Shown here piece by piece: positions 1 to 12,800 of a stretch of 64,000 nt of DNA (within the stretch, counting starts at the first letter, position 1; every line of letters starts with the position of its first letter). The stretch spans positions 43,772,001-43,836,000 of the forward strand of contig OZ024752.1 in the NCBI GenBank assembly GCA_964016885.1, in the 5' to 3' direction. Both the position numbers and the translations under genes were made by a program. The notes under the pieces are model-generated. The model had not been told where the DNA came from. It saw only the letters and a program-made list of their open reading frames with translations, and made no database searches. The stretch is from Eledone cirrhosa (taxonomy: Eukaryota).

Positions 1-761
1 CAAATAATATTAACAAAAACCCTAGAATTATGTTATCTCGGACTCTTTATAAGGGCTGGTATGGGATAATTACTGATTAGTGACCTTAAAATGTAGCACA
101 ACTTAGTGTCATCATTTATCAGTAAGTTATAAAAAGATAATAGATTAGGTTACAATCGTAGTTTCTCTCATTCTCTACATACAGTTTAACCTTGTGTTAT
201 TTCATGTAATCGTTCACCTTGTTTTAAGGCTGGGTGCCATATTACAGTTGGGACCCGACATGTCTTTCGGTTATTCAATGTTACGCGAGAAAAATAGGGG
301 TAACATTGACAGAGTTCGAAATAAGAAATGGAAATATCCATTCACCACTTGTATGTATGTGTATATATATATACACACACAACGGCCCATTCAAAGAGAA
401 TCTGAGTAGTTCCAGCCATTACTTACTCTATATTATAAGAGTTGTACGTTAGAAATAGAGGTTTATAACACCATTTCGTTACTAGTAAATACACAGCTAT
501 GTGAAGGTAATATTCGTATATGAAATAAACCGAGACAACAGTTTGTGCTATAGTCTACTTATAACTGTTGTCAGCAATGGAATGTATGAGTGAAACATTG
601 TCCTCAGAGAGTATAACATGGTGTTAACTCCCGATAACAACTGACTTAATAATAAACTATTCAACCCATGCTAACATGGAAAGTGGGTATAACATGATGA
701 CCATAGTAGCAACTATACCACTTTAGGAACCGTAATTAATATATTATATAATCATTTTTTA

Positions 762-945
762 TGGCAGTATCGGTAGAGGGTCGGACGCCATGCTTTCCAG
801 CATAGTTACGTCCCTTTACGATCTGAGTTCAAATCCCGCCGAGGTTGACTTTGCCTTTCATCCTTACGAGGTCGATAAAATAAAGTACCAGTAATGAACT
901 GGATAATTGCTGGCCTTGTGCCTAAAGTAGAAACAATTATTTTTT
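762..945 (+). mobile_element. tRNA-derived SINE with Meta-domain-like core
   Basis: A-box-like tggcagtatcggta, B-box gagttcaaatcc, core gcctttcatcctt..gggtcgataaaataaagtaccag. Near-identical copy at 33.4 kb. Confidence 0.85.
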
Positions 946-974
946 ATGTTTATTCATTGTCTTTATAATTCCAG

Positions 975-1672
975 GTGGTTCTTTACTTGGTGATAAGACC
1001 CGTATGCCAATGCTTTCAGTTGATGAAAATGCCTACATTAGACCGTCTCCTGCTAAAGGAACACTTGGTGGTGTAACAAGAACAACAAATGAAGCAATCT
1101 TACTGTGTGAAAGTGCTGGTTACAATATAGTCCTTGTTGAAACTGTTGGTGTGGGACAATCTGAGTTCATGGTGTCAGATATGGTAGATATGTTTTGTTT
1201 ATTCCTTCCTCCAGCTAGTGGTGATGAATTACAAGGAATTAAAAAAGGAATTATTGAAGTCGCCGATATTGTTGTAATTAACAAGTCTGACGGAGAACTT
1301 GCAGCTGCTGCCAGGAGGATCCAAGGAGAGTATCTAAGTGCACTGAAATACATGCAGCGAAAAAACAAGTCATGGACTCCAACGGTGTTGCGTATTTCTT
1401 CTCTAAAGAAACAAGGAATAAAAGAACTTTGGGCACAAATGATTGACTTTCGAAGTAAATTATCAGAAAGTGGAGAAATGTTGCAAAAGAGAGAAGCACA
1501 ACATAAAATATGGATGTGGAATTACATTCAACATAATATTCTAGATATGTTTAAAAATCATCCAGAGGTTAAGAAACAACTTCCGAAATTAGAAGAGAAA
1601 GTATTTGGTCGACAAATTAACCCAGGATTAGCTGCTGATATTCTTTTGAAATCTTTCATGCAAGAAATGTGA
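975..1672 (+). CDS. MMAA: Methylmalonic aciduria type A GTPase (MeaB/ArgK family), terminal coding exon; upstream exon(s) not found in window
   Basis: Acceptor ttccag ends at 974. The frame reads (G)[51 protein letters not shown] and stops at TGA 1670-1672. These are hallmark MMAA/MeaB motifs. Confidence 0.95.
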
Positions 1673-1919
1673 GAAATAACAAAAAACACTATTTGCTATT
1701 TTTTTTTTCTTTCTTTGTACATTAAAATAGGATTGATTTTACAATTACCCTCATCTTCTGTTTTTATTTCTACAACATTTTACTGAGTGTTAACATCTAG
1801 TATAACTCACAGAGTACTGAACTACCATCTATACTCATATGTCACACTCTTTTCCAAGACGGGCATCAAAATCATGTTAACACTTGTAGAAAGGACTCTT
1901 CAGTCTTATCAGAAACATG

Positions 1920-2105
1920 ACAACCTCCCCCGAGGTTGGTGTCACAATAAAATGCACCTAGTACTTTAAAGTGATTGGTATTAGGAAGGGCATCTAACCA
2001 TAGAAGCTGTGAAAATATGAGCAAGACAGGATTCTGTATCTGACTTGTCTTAGACCATGACAACCCATCCAACCATAGAAAACATGTAAAACAACGATGT
2101 TGATA
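1920..2105 (+). mobile_element. SINE body/tail fragment downstream of the MMAA stop
   Basis: ggtattaggaagggcatctaaccatagaa..ccatccaaccat motif, shared with 10917-11152 and 14880-15006. Confidence 0.65.
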
Positions 2106-5100
2106 AAATATTAATCCTTTCATATATTTCTAATGAAATATTTAACTAATGGACAATTTTGATGGATTAACTAAAATTACTAATGTTGAGGTGCCACTTC
2201 TAACCAAGTGTATGTGTCAATTAATTGGGTGAATGTCACAGAACATTAACCCCCCCTCGCAATACATCTGTACAGTGTAAATAAAAATAAAAACAAAAAG
2301 GTAATGTTAATAGTTTGATCCATCAATAAATACTCAGTTAAATAATTGATCTCAGATAAACAGAAATTATGGACAACTTCAAATAACTGACTCCGACCAT
2401 TACAACCTGTCGAACCCATGCCAGTAGAGAAAATGGTCACCTTTGACTAATGACACGACACTAACAGCTGTAACTAACATCACTAATTACAATATTAATA
2501 ATGAAATTAACGAACAAAGAAAAAAAAAACACTATTATTCCTTTTTAATAATAGTTTAATAAACACTTCAAAATGTTGACACAAAATACAGTCAATGCTC
2601 TATTTTTCTTTATATATTTTTTCTTTCTTTTTTTTTTGTTCATTTCTTTATTTTATTTCTGTGAAAAATAAACTGCTATGATCTAATACTGAAGCTGCCT
2701 TGGAAAGAGAAAGAAACTGTTAGGAGACAGTTTCTATATCTTTATAGTGGAGGTTTACAAAATATACATATATTGTAGGATGGTGAATATCTTCTGACAA
2801 GCCAAGCAATACAGTTTCGTCAATCAGAAGGAACAGAAACTAAGAATTCTTCAAGATGGCATTTATATACATATATATATGTGTGTGTGAGTGTATGTGT
2901 ACATACTTTATATATAACCATACATAAAGACAGTCAAATATTAACTAGATGAGTACTCAATACGTAAGTAGAGTATACAATTTATTTTTATAAGGAAAAT
3001 GTTCACAATTGTTGTCAACCATTTCTTTGCACACACACATATATATATATATACATACATACATGTACATACATACATACATACAAACATGTGTTGCTAA
3101 TAGATGAAAATTCATTTAATACTAAAAGATTAGTAAAAAGTTATCTTTTGTTGTATTATTTTTGCTGTCCACCATCCTGAAACTTAAACCTAAATAGTTT
3201 AACCATTTTGTCAATGATATAAATAATGTGGCATAGGTTTGTGTGTGAGGCATACACAATATTACATCCACAAATAAATATTGTTTGCTTTCCTTTTATA
3301 GACAGTTGGGAAAGAGGAGAAGATAATTGAATATAAACTGAATAACTTTAAAAAACATGAAAGGTATTTGACATGAATAGAAATGTTGTTTGTTATGAAA
3401 GTGATTGGAAAAAAAAACATCAAAGGGAATGATGAAATTACCTGAACACCATATGGATCTTTGTGACCAGTTTATATCACATAATTATATTCCCCCCCAT
3501 CCAACATTATACAGTATATATACACATTATATATATATATATATATACACACATACATACATACATACATATATATATATTAGATAAAGGGTGTCGTTCC
3601 AATGGAGAACTCATCTGCTTAAGCTGTAACTCTCCATTGTAACACCATTTAACTGTACTTATTCTACATCACATCATATATCGAGTAATACCTTTATTGG
3701 TGGTCTTCCCAGTCATCACACCATGGACATATATATATATATATATATGCATATAATTACTTAATATTACACTATTACACACACCTATAGTTACCAAACT
3801 GTTGTATAGCATTAAGTAACTATAAAACCCTTTGAATGATACAAAGCTCTCCTGTCACTTTATTACCCTATACACACACACACACACATTTTGTCTTAAA
3901 ACCAACAACACAAATGCTTAGAAAACTCAGTTTACAACACACTGAACCAATGACAGCAACATAAACTTGAAAATATTTGTGAAAAAAAAAATGTACCTTT
4001 AAGAGAGGCTTGTGTAGCATTTTATACAAGTTTCTTATTTTATTAACCTTTAAGAGAAATAGAAGTGGATTTGGAAAATAGGACCTTCCTGGCTAAAATC
4101 TCAATAAAAAAGGAAATTTTTATTTTACAGTCAGTTTTGGCTTTTTTTTAAATTCTTTTATACAATGCTCTCAGAATATATTTAGATAAATATAGATTGT
4201 GTATGTTTTAAACCTGATATGTTCATTTAGTGTCATATGGCTCAGTAAAGAATCTTGCACTTACATGTTTTTATATATATATCTATATATATATATATAT
4301 ATATAGGTTGTGTATGTGTGTATGCACACGTGTGTGTGTGTGTGTGCACGTGCATACATATATATATATATCAATAAAATCTCATTTGTATTAAATCTTT
4401 TTAGATTTAAACCATAATATTATACATGGAACAGAACTATTTATAAAACAGAAACAATGAAGATGAGAGGGTGGCAAAGGACAAACAAAATTGGGGATGA
4501 AGAATTAAGATTTCAAACAAAATAAACATTTTGTCAAAAACCAACAAGGCTTTTGAAAAGAAGCTACAATACCAATTTAACCATGCTATGGTGTGCAGAA
4601 TTAATGATTTAGTATGATATAGTGTTATATACCCATGTATAAGTCGCACTTCCATTTTACTTGCAATGTAGCATATAGTTTGAGGGTGTGTACACCCAGG
4701 AGATAATTCCATGCTGGTTTTACACCAGATATTTTCAAGGAAAACCGTGCAAATTATATTATAAGTATATACAGTAACTTCTTTGAAAACAAATGTTGTT
4801 GTGCGAAAGGAAAATAAAATAAAAATTATATATCTATAAAAGTCAATTCGTTTATAAACGAGTTTGTTGTTGATTTTTTTAATATCATTTTAACTTTATT
4901 TCTTGACCGCCCCACACCCACAAACTTCACATAAAATATGAAATTTTTTTTGTTTTTGTTTTAATTTTATTTGTAATGTCTTTTATAGGCAATAATGGAA
5001 TATTAAACACAGCACCTCATCCCTTCATTTGTTCAGTGCAGGAACTTGAGTAAAACCAACAAAACAGAAGGTGGTTGAACTTTGGGGTTTTAATTCTTGT

Positions 5101-5765
5101 TTGTTTTTCTTCTATCACACAAGCTTACATGTCCCTGCAACAGACACCAGCACCATTGCACTATTTCTTCAGTCACTACTGCATCCTCCATAGAAGTTGA
5201 CAAATTTAAAGGTAGAGAGAGAAATGTTTTCAATTGTTTGATGAAAATTCCAAATTATTTTAAAGTAGAAATAAATAAAACAATAAAACTCCCTATATAT
5301 AAAAGCAATCATTTCCATCTTTGATAAACATTGAAATCATCAAAGTGAATGTAGAGAAAGAAACTAGGCAAACACTGTCAGCTCTCTGTTACTGAACCCA
5401 TGCAGTGCAAAAGGCCTCAATGTAAAGGCAAAGAGCTGTGTGGAGGTGTATGTCTGAGAACACTGCTTCACAGAATTGACAAGAAGACAAAGAAGCAAGT
5501 CTACACACTGATGAAGACTGCAGAAGTTGACAAAAGATTCAGGATTAATAAAAAAAATGAGAGAGGGAGGGGTAAGAGTGAAACGTTATGTTGTGGTTGC
5601 TGGCTTTTAGTAACTGAAATAAGGGCATGGTAGAGAGTGGTGAAGTCCCAACTGAAATAAGGGCATGGTAGAGAGTGGTGAAGTCCCAAGTTAGAAAAAA
5701 ATATTAAATCCCTTGGTACTTTTATCATTCTCCTGATTCATCCAAGAGGAAGATTTTGAAAATAT

Positions 5766-6040
5766 TTATTCTCCAGTATCATTTTCGCCTTTTATCTTTT
5801 TATTATCAAATTTCTTTTTCTTGTCTATTATTAAAGGTGTAAGACTGGTAGTGACACCTTTTAGAAGACCAGTTAATGTTTTCTCACAGTGTTTCAGAGC
5901 TGTAAACAGTCTCCTGTTCTCACTTTCAGTTGATGTTACAGTTTCGACATGTTCATCTTTCTCCTTCTTAATTACTGTCAGTTCTAGCTGTATCTGTTTA
6001 ATCAAATCTTCCCGTTTTGATGCTTTATCCTTCAGCAAGT
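5766..6040 (-). CDS. CCAR1: CCAR1 last coding exon (coiled coil)
   Basis: Poly-T-cag acceptor, phase 1, TAA at 5768-5766. Confidence 0.9.
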
Positions 6041-6779
6041 CTGAAAAAAAAAAAAAAAAAAATCTTTAATTCTTTTGATATGAAACCACCCCAGGTTCTA
6101 CAATGGGTTGTCACAAAACAAAATCAGTATCTAATTACAGCTACTGACTTCTCAAATGAGAAACCTGCACCTTGGGTACCTATGTTCCAACACTTTACAG
6201 TCCTGCACAGTTTCACCAAATAAGATAGATAAGATAAGTAACAGACTTGAATAAAATAGTACTGGAGTTGTTATAATCAACTTCCTATTAGATGGTAATA
6301 CTCCAGTAAATTGACTGAAACCAATAATAGAATATAAAATAAATGTGACCCACCAATTTCAGCAGTGAAATCCTGTAACTTTTCTTCCAAGACACTTCTA
6401 TTCTTCTCACTTTTCTCTAGTCGCTGTGTGATACTGTCAATATCAATTAAAGCTCCATTGTAGCTAATAAAACCAGAATTTGGGGCCGTTTCCTCGCCAT
6501 CACCTTTTAATTTCGACGTTACTGCCAAGTCATCTGGTGAGTTCTTCGCTTTCATAGCATTTAAAAATTGATAATTTCCTACAAAGATAATATTACTCCT
6601 TTAAAGTTTTAAAGTTACTATATTCACATTTACACTAGTCCACCCCCTCCTCCTCAGTTCCACTCCTGTTTTTTCATTCTGGCATGGGTTGGACAAGACC
6701 TTTTTGAAGTAGAATTCTATGACCTCATGCTCTTCCTCAGGTGAACCTTCATTTGTCTTTTAAGGTAAGGATCTTTACA

Positions 6780-6820
<41 letters not shown>

Positions 6821-9800
6821 GACAAGCTTCCTTAGAGTTTTTCTGAACTAAATTCTCTCACAATTTAAATGTGCATAAAAAAGTAATAAATAAATATATA
6901 AAAGAAACTTACCTTGAGCAAGTTTCATATCATCCACGTCTGCACTTTTTGAATCATTCTTCCCGTCTTCGGAAGCATCCTCAGATTTTGGCTTATCCGT
7001 TAATTTACGATAATTTAAAGTGTCGCGTGACACAAGCTTCTGGACATATTTTCGTACCTGTAAAATTTTATTAGCAAATGTCAACAAAAAAAAAAAAACA
7101 AAAAAAAAAGAAACCATAAAAGAGTCATGAGTACCAGTGTTCCCTCCCTGACTAAACAGTAAAACTAAGTCATGAGTACCAGTGTTCCCTCCCTGACTAA
7201 ACAGTAAAACTAAGTCATGAGTACCAGTGTTCCCTCCCTGACTAAACAGTAAAACTAAGTCACGAGTTCCAGTGTTCCCTCCCTGACTAAACAGTAAAAA
7301 TAAGTCACGAGTTCCAGTGTTCTGTCCCTGACTAAACAGTAAAGATAAAAACATGAGACTGTCAGTGAATCTTACAAAACATTTACAGATCAGTATCTCT
7401 TCCATTTCTAAATAGCCCTGGGGTGGAAGTAGGTAGGGTGGGGCAGTTGTGAAATGGCTTACCTGAGCTCTAGACAGCTGCATCCCAACAGTATGCATAA
7501 TTTCCTCAATGTCTTTATCTAACAGATAGCCAGTGTGGTTCTGATCAAAATATACAAATGCCAGTAACAAGGCAGGGTCGCTGGTGTAGTACTTCTTTCT
7601 CTCTTTCTTCTTTTCATCTCGCTCTCTTTTACCTACAAAAGTAAAACACAAACCACATATTTTGTAACGGAAGAAGATAGACAAAAGTGTTAGAGTTTTA
7701 AAATATCTAATAGTTGGATCACAGATAAATATAAAGAACAAGACAAAGAGATTAAAAGAATATATATATATCAATATATACATGACATTGTGTATCAATT
7801 CTTTTCTAAATATATTTCTCTGGCAGTGATTTGGCACCTGTGTATTTCAGACACATAGGCCAGTTAAAGAGTAGAGAATATGTTAGGGACCCCACAATTG
7901 TAGGACTGTTATGACACTAAGTGATATCAACCCCACAATTGTAGGACTATTATGACACTATAAGTGATATCAACCCCACAATTGCAGGATTGTTATGACA
8001 CTATAAGTGATATCAACCCCACAATTGTAGGACTGTTACATCACTGTAAGATATCAACAATAACAACCAAACAATTATAAAACAAAAAGCAACAAATTAC
8101 CTTTATCTTTCTTTTCCTCGTCATCTTCCTGGAAGACAAAAATAAAAGTCATTAAGTTATTTTAAAAAATTAAATCATGAAACAATAAACTTGTGTTTTT
8201 ATTAACCCTTTAAAGAGGACATCTAACGATATGTAGTAAAGGTATATGGCTTAGTGGTTAGCGCATTGAGCTCACAATTGTATGGTTGTCAGTTTGAATC
8301 CCAGGCAATGCAGTGTGTTGTGTCCTGGTCATCTACCTGTAGAAACCATGCTGGGTGAAGATAACTCCTCAGTTCTGCCAGGGGCACAAAAGTCTCTCTA
8401 GTGTTAGTGCTACAATAAAACACACTTTATACATTCTGTGGTTGGTGATAGAGCAACCAGCTGTAGAAAACCTACCAAACAGTGTATCAAGAGGACTTGT
8501 CAGTTGTTGTATATATGACAACCTCCCTAGTGCTGGTGCCACAATAAAATAGAGTGTAGGATGGTGGTATGTAGGTGGGAATTAGACTCCCAATCTGTCA
8601 GAGGTCAGTAGTTCCAATTAAGTAATGACTTGGTCTATGATGACCAGTCCAATCATTGCTAGCAGGGAAAAACGAAGTTAAATATGATGATGTATAAATT
8701 AATATATGGACTTGTAATTTCTAGTTATAGGGGAGCTGTTATCACTTGGTACTTTAAACCAGATACCTTGGCTACTTACTTAGTAGAGACCATTCCAGGC
8801 CTTAACACAGTCGAGTTTTTTTTCAGAGGAGAGAAAATGATAGAGAAGAAATGAGAAACAAATATCGAAAAAGAATTGACCCCAGTAGTTGACTGGTATA
8901 TTGTTTTATCAACCTTGAAAGGATGAAAAGCTAAGTTTGACCTTGAAACAAATACTGCGATGTATTCTATGTGACATTTTGTCCTTTTTACTACCATAAA
9001 AATATGGAAAGAAAAAGTTAAACCTACCTCCTCTTCAGCTTCATCCTCATCCATATCTTCTTCATTTCCATTCATTTCCTTACAATTTTCTTCTTCCTTC
9101 TTCTTTTCCGATTTTTCTTCTTCTACTTTCTTGAGATCCTACATTAGAGTAAACAAAGTTTTAATTTTGATTTTTAACTTGTTTCTGAACCCTTTTCATA
9201 TCAAATCAAATAGCTTCAATCTTCCCATCGTTATAATAGGCTTTATTTTAAGGTATTTATATTTATTTAAAACCTTTCCATTATAAGTTTATGTAAGAAT
9301 CTTTTTAAAGCTATGCTCCAAATATCAGTTTAATGAGAAAATGATATTATTAATGAGATAATTATACCTTTTCTTTTATGGATTTGTCATCAGACTTCTT
9401 TTTTAATTTCTCTTCATCCTTCTTTTCAGGTGCAAGAACAAGGGCCTTGTAGATCTTGAAGCCAAAATCCCTCATCAACATTTCATTGAACAACTCAGCA
9501 AACAAAGAAACCTGAAACAGTTGAAGGGAGCAAATATTCACAATTAAGGACACAATTACAGACAGCTGAATTAATAAATAATCTGAATCATCATCATTTT
9601 ACGTCTGTTTCTCATGCTGGGTTGGATAGGTCATCATGGACTGAGACTAGATAGATCAGAGATCCAAGTCTTACTCAGACGCTCCAGATATGGCTGAATG
9701 TCTTTCCTAATTTCAGACATATTATAGAGTGTACTGGGAGTACTGTGGTGATTAGAAAGGGTGTCAAATTGTCAACAAGACCAAAGGGTACTCTCTACCC

Positions 9801-12800
9801 TTTGTTACCTCGGTTCATTTGTCAACTCCCTTACAGGAGGTACTCTCCAACCTGTCGCAACATTTATTTTTAGCGTTTGTACTGTGGGGGCAGATATTTT
9901 CTACATAGCAAGTCACCAGTCAACATGATAAATAAATCATCCTTATTTAATGTCTGTTTTCCCTGCTAGAGGTATTATGTAGCAAGAATGAAGTGAAACC
10001 TTATTGTGGTGAAGAAAACTTCTTAACTACACAGCCAAAAAATATATTTCTGACAGGAAAGTACAAAACTGCCAGGAAATTGTGCTTACCTCAAAGGAAT
10101 GTTCTTTATTGTCCTCTTGTCGATAATCCAGGAGAACACTAAGTGACATGACTGTGCAGTCAAACTTGCCACCTTTTGCAGTTGTTGATGGGTGGACTAT
10201 AATGGAGGGTTTGTCAGGCAAATTATACTTGCGCTCCATCATGGCTTGCTCTTTCTCTTCCCGGCGCTTTTTCTCCTCTTCCTAATAAAGACAAACAAAT
10301 GGAGAGCTTGTAGAAACAGTAATTTATAATAATAATAATAATAGTGGTTTCTAATTTAGAAAGTTGGAGTCATGCTTGGAGTTTTGAAGTATGTTCATTT
10401 CTGATGTAAAATACTTAGTGATTGGTTGAATTAGGAAGCTATGCTTAGTTTGAACCAATCGGAGTGTTTTATGAATAATTTACGAATCTGACTTAGATGA
10501 AGGCGGGAACCGAAACAGCAGAAGTGATGACACTGACTTTAGAATGGAATGATCGGTTCTCATAAGTTAATGTCACCCAGGCCAGCTACATCAATGCTGA
10601 TCTGAGCTAAACAACGATTTTGAAGGACATCTAGAAAAGAAAACCAAATCAAACCTCAGTCGTGACAAAACAAATATAAAACCTCAACAAATATATAAAA
10701 AGCCATACTTCTTTTTTCTTCTTGTCATCTTTGTCTTCTGTTTCCATCTTATGAAACTCCTCTTGTTTCTTCACAGCTTCTTCCTGTTTCAAAAGACATA
10801 AAAACATAAATATAAAACTTCAGTTTCACCAATATTGCTGCACAAATAAAAATGTCTAAGTGTATGTTTATATTTTACACACCTTGAGAGGACCAGATAT
10901 TTGTATAAAAGCAACAACAACCTTCCTAGTGCTGGTGCCATGATAAAATACACCCAGTACACTCTGTAAAGTGGTTGGTGACAGGAAGTGACATCAAGCT
11001 GTAGAAACCATGCCAAAACTGGAACATATGTGAGACATGGCCCCTAGCCTATCTGATAAGACAGCAGCTTTGATTAAGTATTGACTTGGTTTGTGATGAC
11101 CTGTCCAACCCATGCCAATATGAAAAACAGACATATGATGATGATGATGATGTAACATCGATATAAACAATCACAATCTAACAAATGTGAGATAGTCACA
11201 AATTTATAACCAGTCCCTAAAAAGATACTTAATGCTAGTTCCTATTATTCATTCACATCACTAGACTGGATCTGGGGAAATAATTGAGAAATACTTCTGT
11301 TATATCTTTCCATTTATTGCCATATAAAGTTGATAAAGATGTCTGAGAAAGCAAATGGATTATGAGGAACACAGTCTCTGTATTCCTCATTATATTGTAG
11401 ATCTTCAGCTGGAAAGTTTCCAAGGTGCAAACCAGGGCAAGGTTTGTGGGGGATTTGTGGAAGAGAGCAATGGGCCCTGCAAACAAATCTCTCCACTCCA
11501 CACCACTAACGTTGTCTAAAGAAAAGGCCAGGGCTGGCCGATACAGCTTGATGCCCCTGACAACTTCGGCTGACCCAACATTCGGCAAGTTGTTTCATTA
11601 CTATTTAGTCAAAGAGAGAAGCCTTTTCTTGTAGCAAACACAATCTACATTTATGAAGAAATGTCCTTGTAAAAGCAGGGATGTCTTATAGAAAGGGGCA
11701 CCAAATAGGCCATCAAATATGGTATGTTTGATGCACTAATTCAGAAAAAAAGAAAAGGAAAGAAAAGAAAACATACAGCTGCTGCTTTGTTATTCTCTAA
11801 TTCTTCTTCTTCCTCCTTCTCACTTTTCAGAATTTTTGTCAATCGAGCTATTAGCTGTGACTTCAGTCCTTTAGAACTCAAGTTTCTATCTTCCAGTTCT
11901 CGGCGTAGATCAACAATCTGAAATAGACAGATTAGGTTTTCAAAAATTCAGTAATATTTCTAACAAATCTTTGTAAGACTCAAGTGAAAGACAGACATTC
12001 TATATTCTATATTTTTGTGCAGATAGACAAAAACTTGCTGGCTTTAGTCACTTTGTTGGTAAGCCTAATGGTTAAGGTGTTGCACTCACAAATATAAGGT
12101 CATAGGTTTGATTCCTGGACTGTGTGGTGTGTTGTGTTTTTGAGCAAGACACTTCATTCATGTTGCTTTCCATGATAGGACTAGGAACCCTACCATTATT
12201 AAAACATCTAAAAAAGCTCTTATGAAATCCAACCTTGTAAAGTTAAACCTATATAGGTATGAACTGTAACATTCATATTTTAACCCTTTAGCCTTTAAAC
12301 CGGCCAGAATTCTCTCACCTCTTTCTGTTCAAACCAGCTGTAACCAGCCACTCATACTAAAGTTAGGGTATTGTTCTCAAAACAAATATCAAAATCTCAT
12401 AGATTCGATATTACGTGAGGTAAAGCCTTTACCGTGAAAATACAATAGAAAATACAGAATAATGTAAATACTAATGGGTTAACTAACAGTGACACTAGTA
12501 AGATATATATCAAGATTACATTATTAATTATCCTTTTAAAAAGGCAATCAAGGTTTAAGAATCCATTGATACTTACTTTCATTGTTTTGGGATCCAATTC
12601 AGAAAAATGCGTAGGCTCTTTTTCTGGATTAGTCGCTTCCTCTTCTTCCTGGTGGGGAAAGGGAGAGGAGAGAAAAATAGAAAACAGAAAAAAAGGGATA
12701 TTACTTTCAAACCTATCATCAAACAATGTAGACAAAAACAAAACCAAACAGTTATATATAAGGCAACTGTTATGCTACTGTTTGTAGCAGTAGTAGTAGT

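Noticed and set aside
762-850. tRNA-like A/B boxes here and near 8250, 14680 and 33010
   Set aside because: No full cloverleaf; they continue into SINE cores, so they are SINE heads and not tRNA genes.
6848-7837. 329-aa ORF with LFSQGGNTGTHDLVL repeats
   Set aside because: Read-through of CCAR1 exons 17 and 18 across an intron with a 45-bp minisatellite; canonical splice sites bound the real exons. The intron is 405 nt and stop-free, so in-frame retention is formally possible but unsupported.
10541-10552. ATTCCATT on the minus strand, resembling the SNORD98 guide as I recall it
   Set aside because: Only an 8-nt match, with no proper C and D boxes on the host strand.
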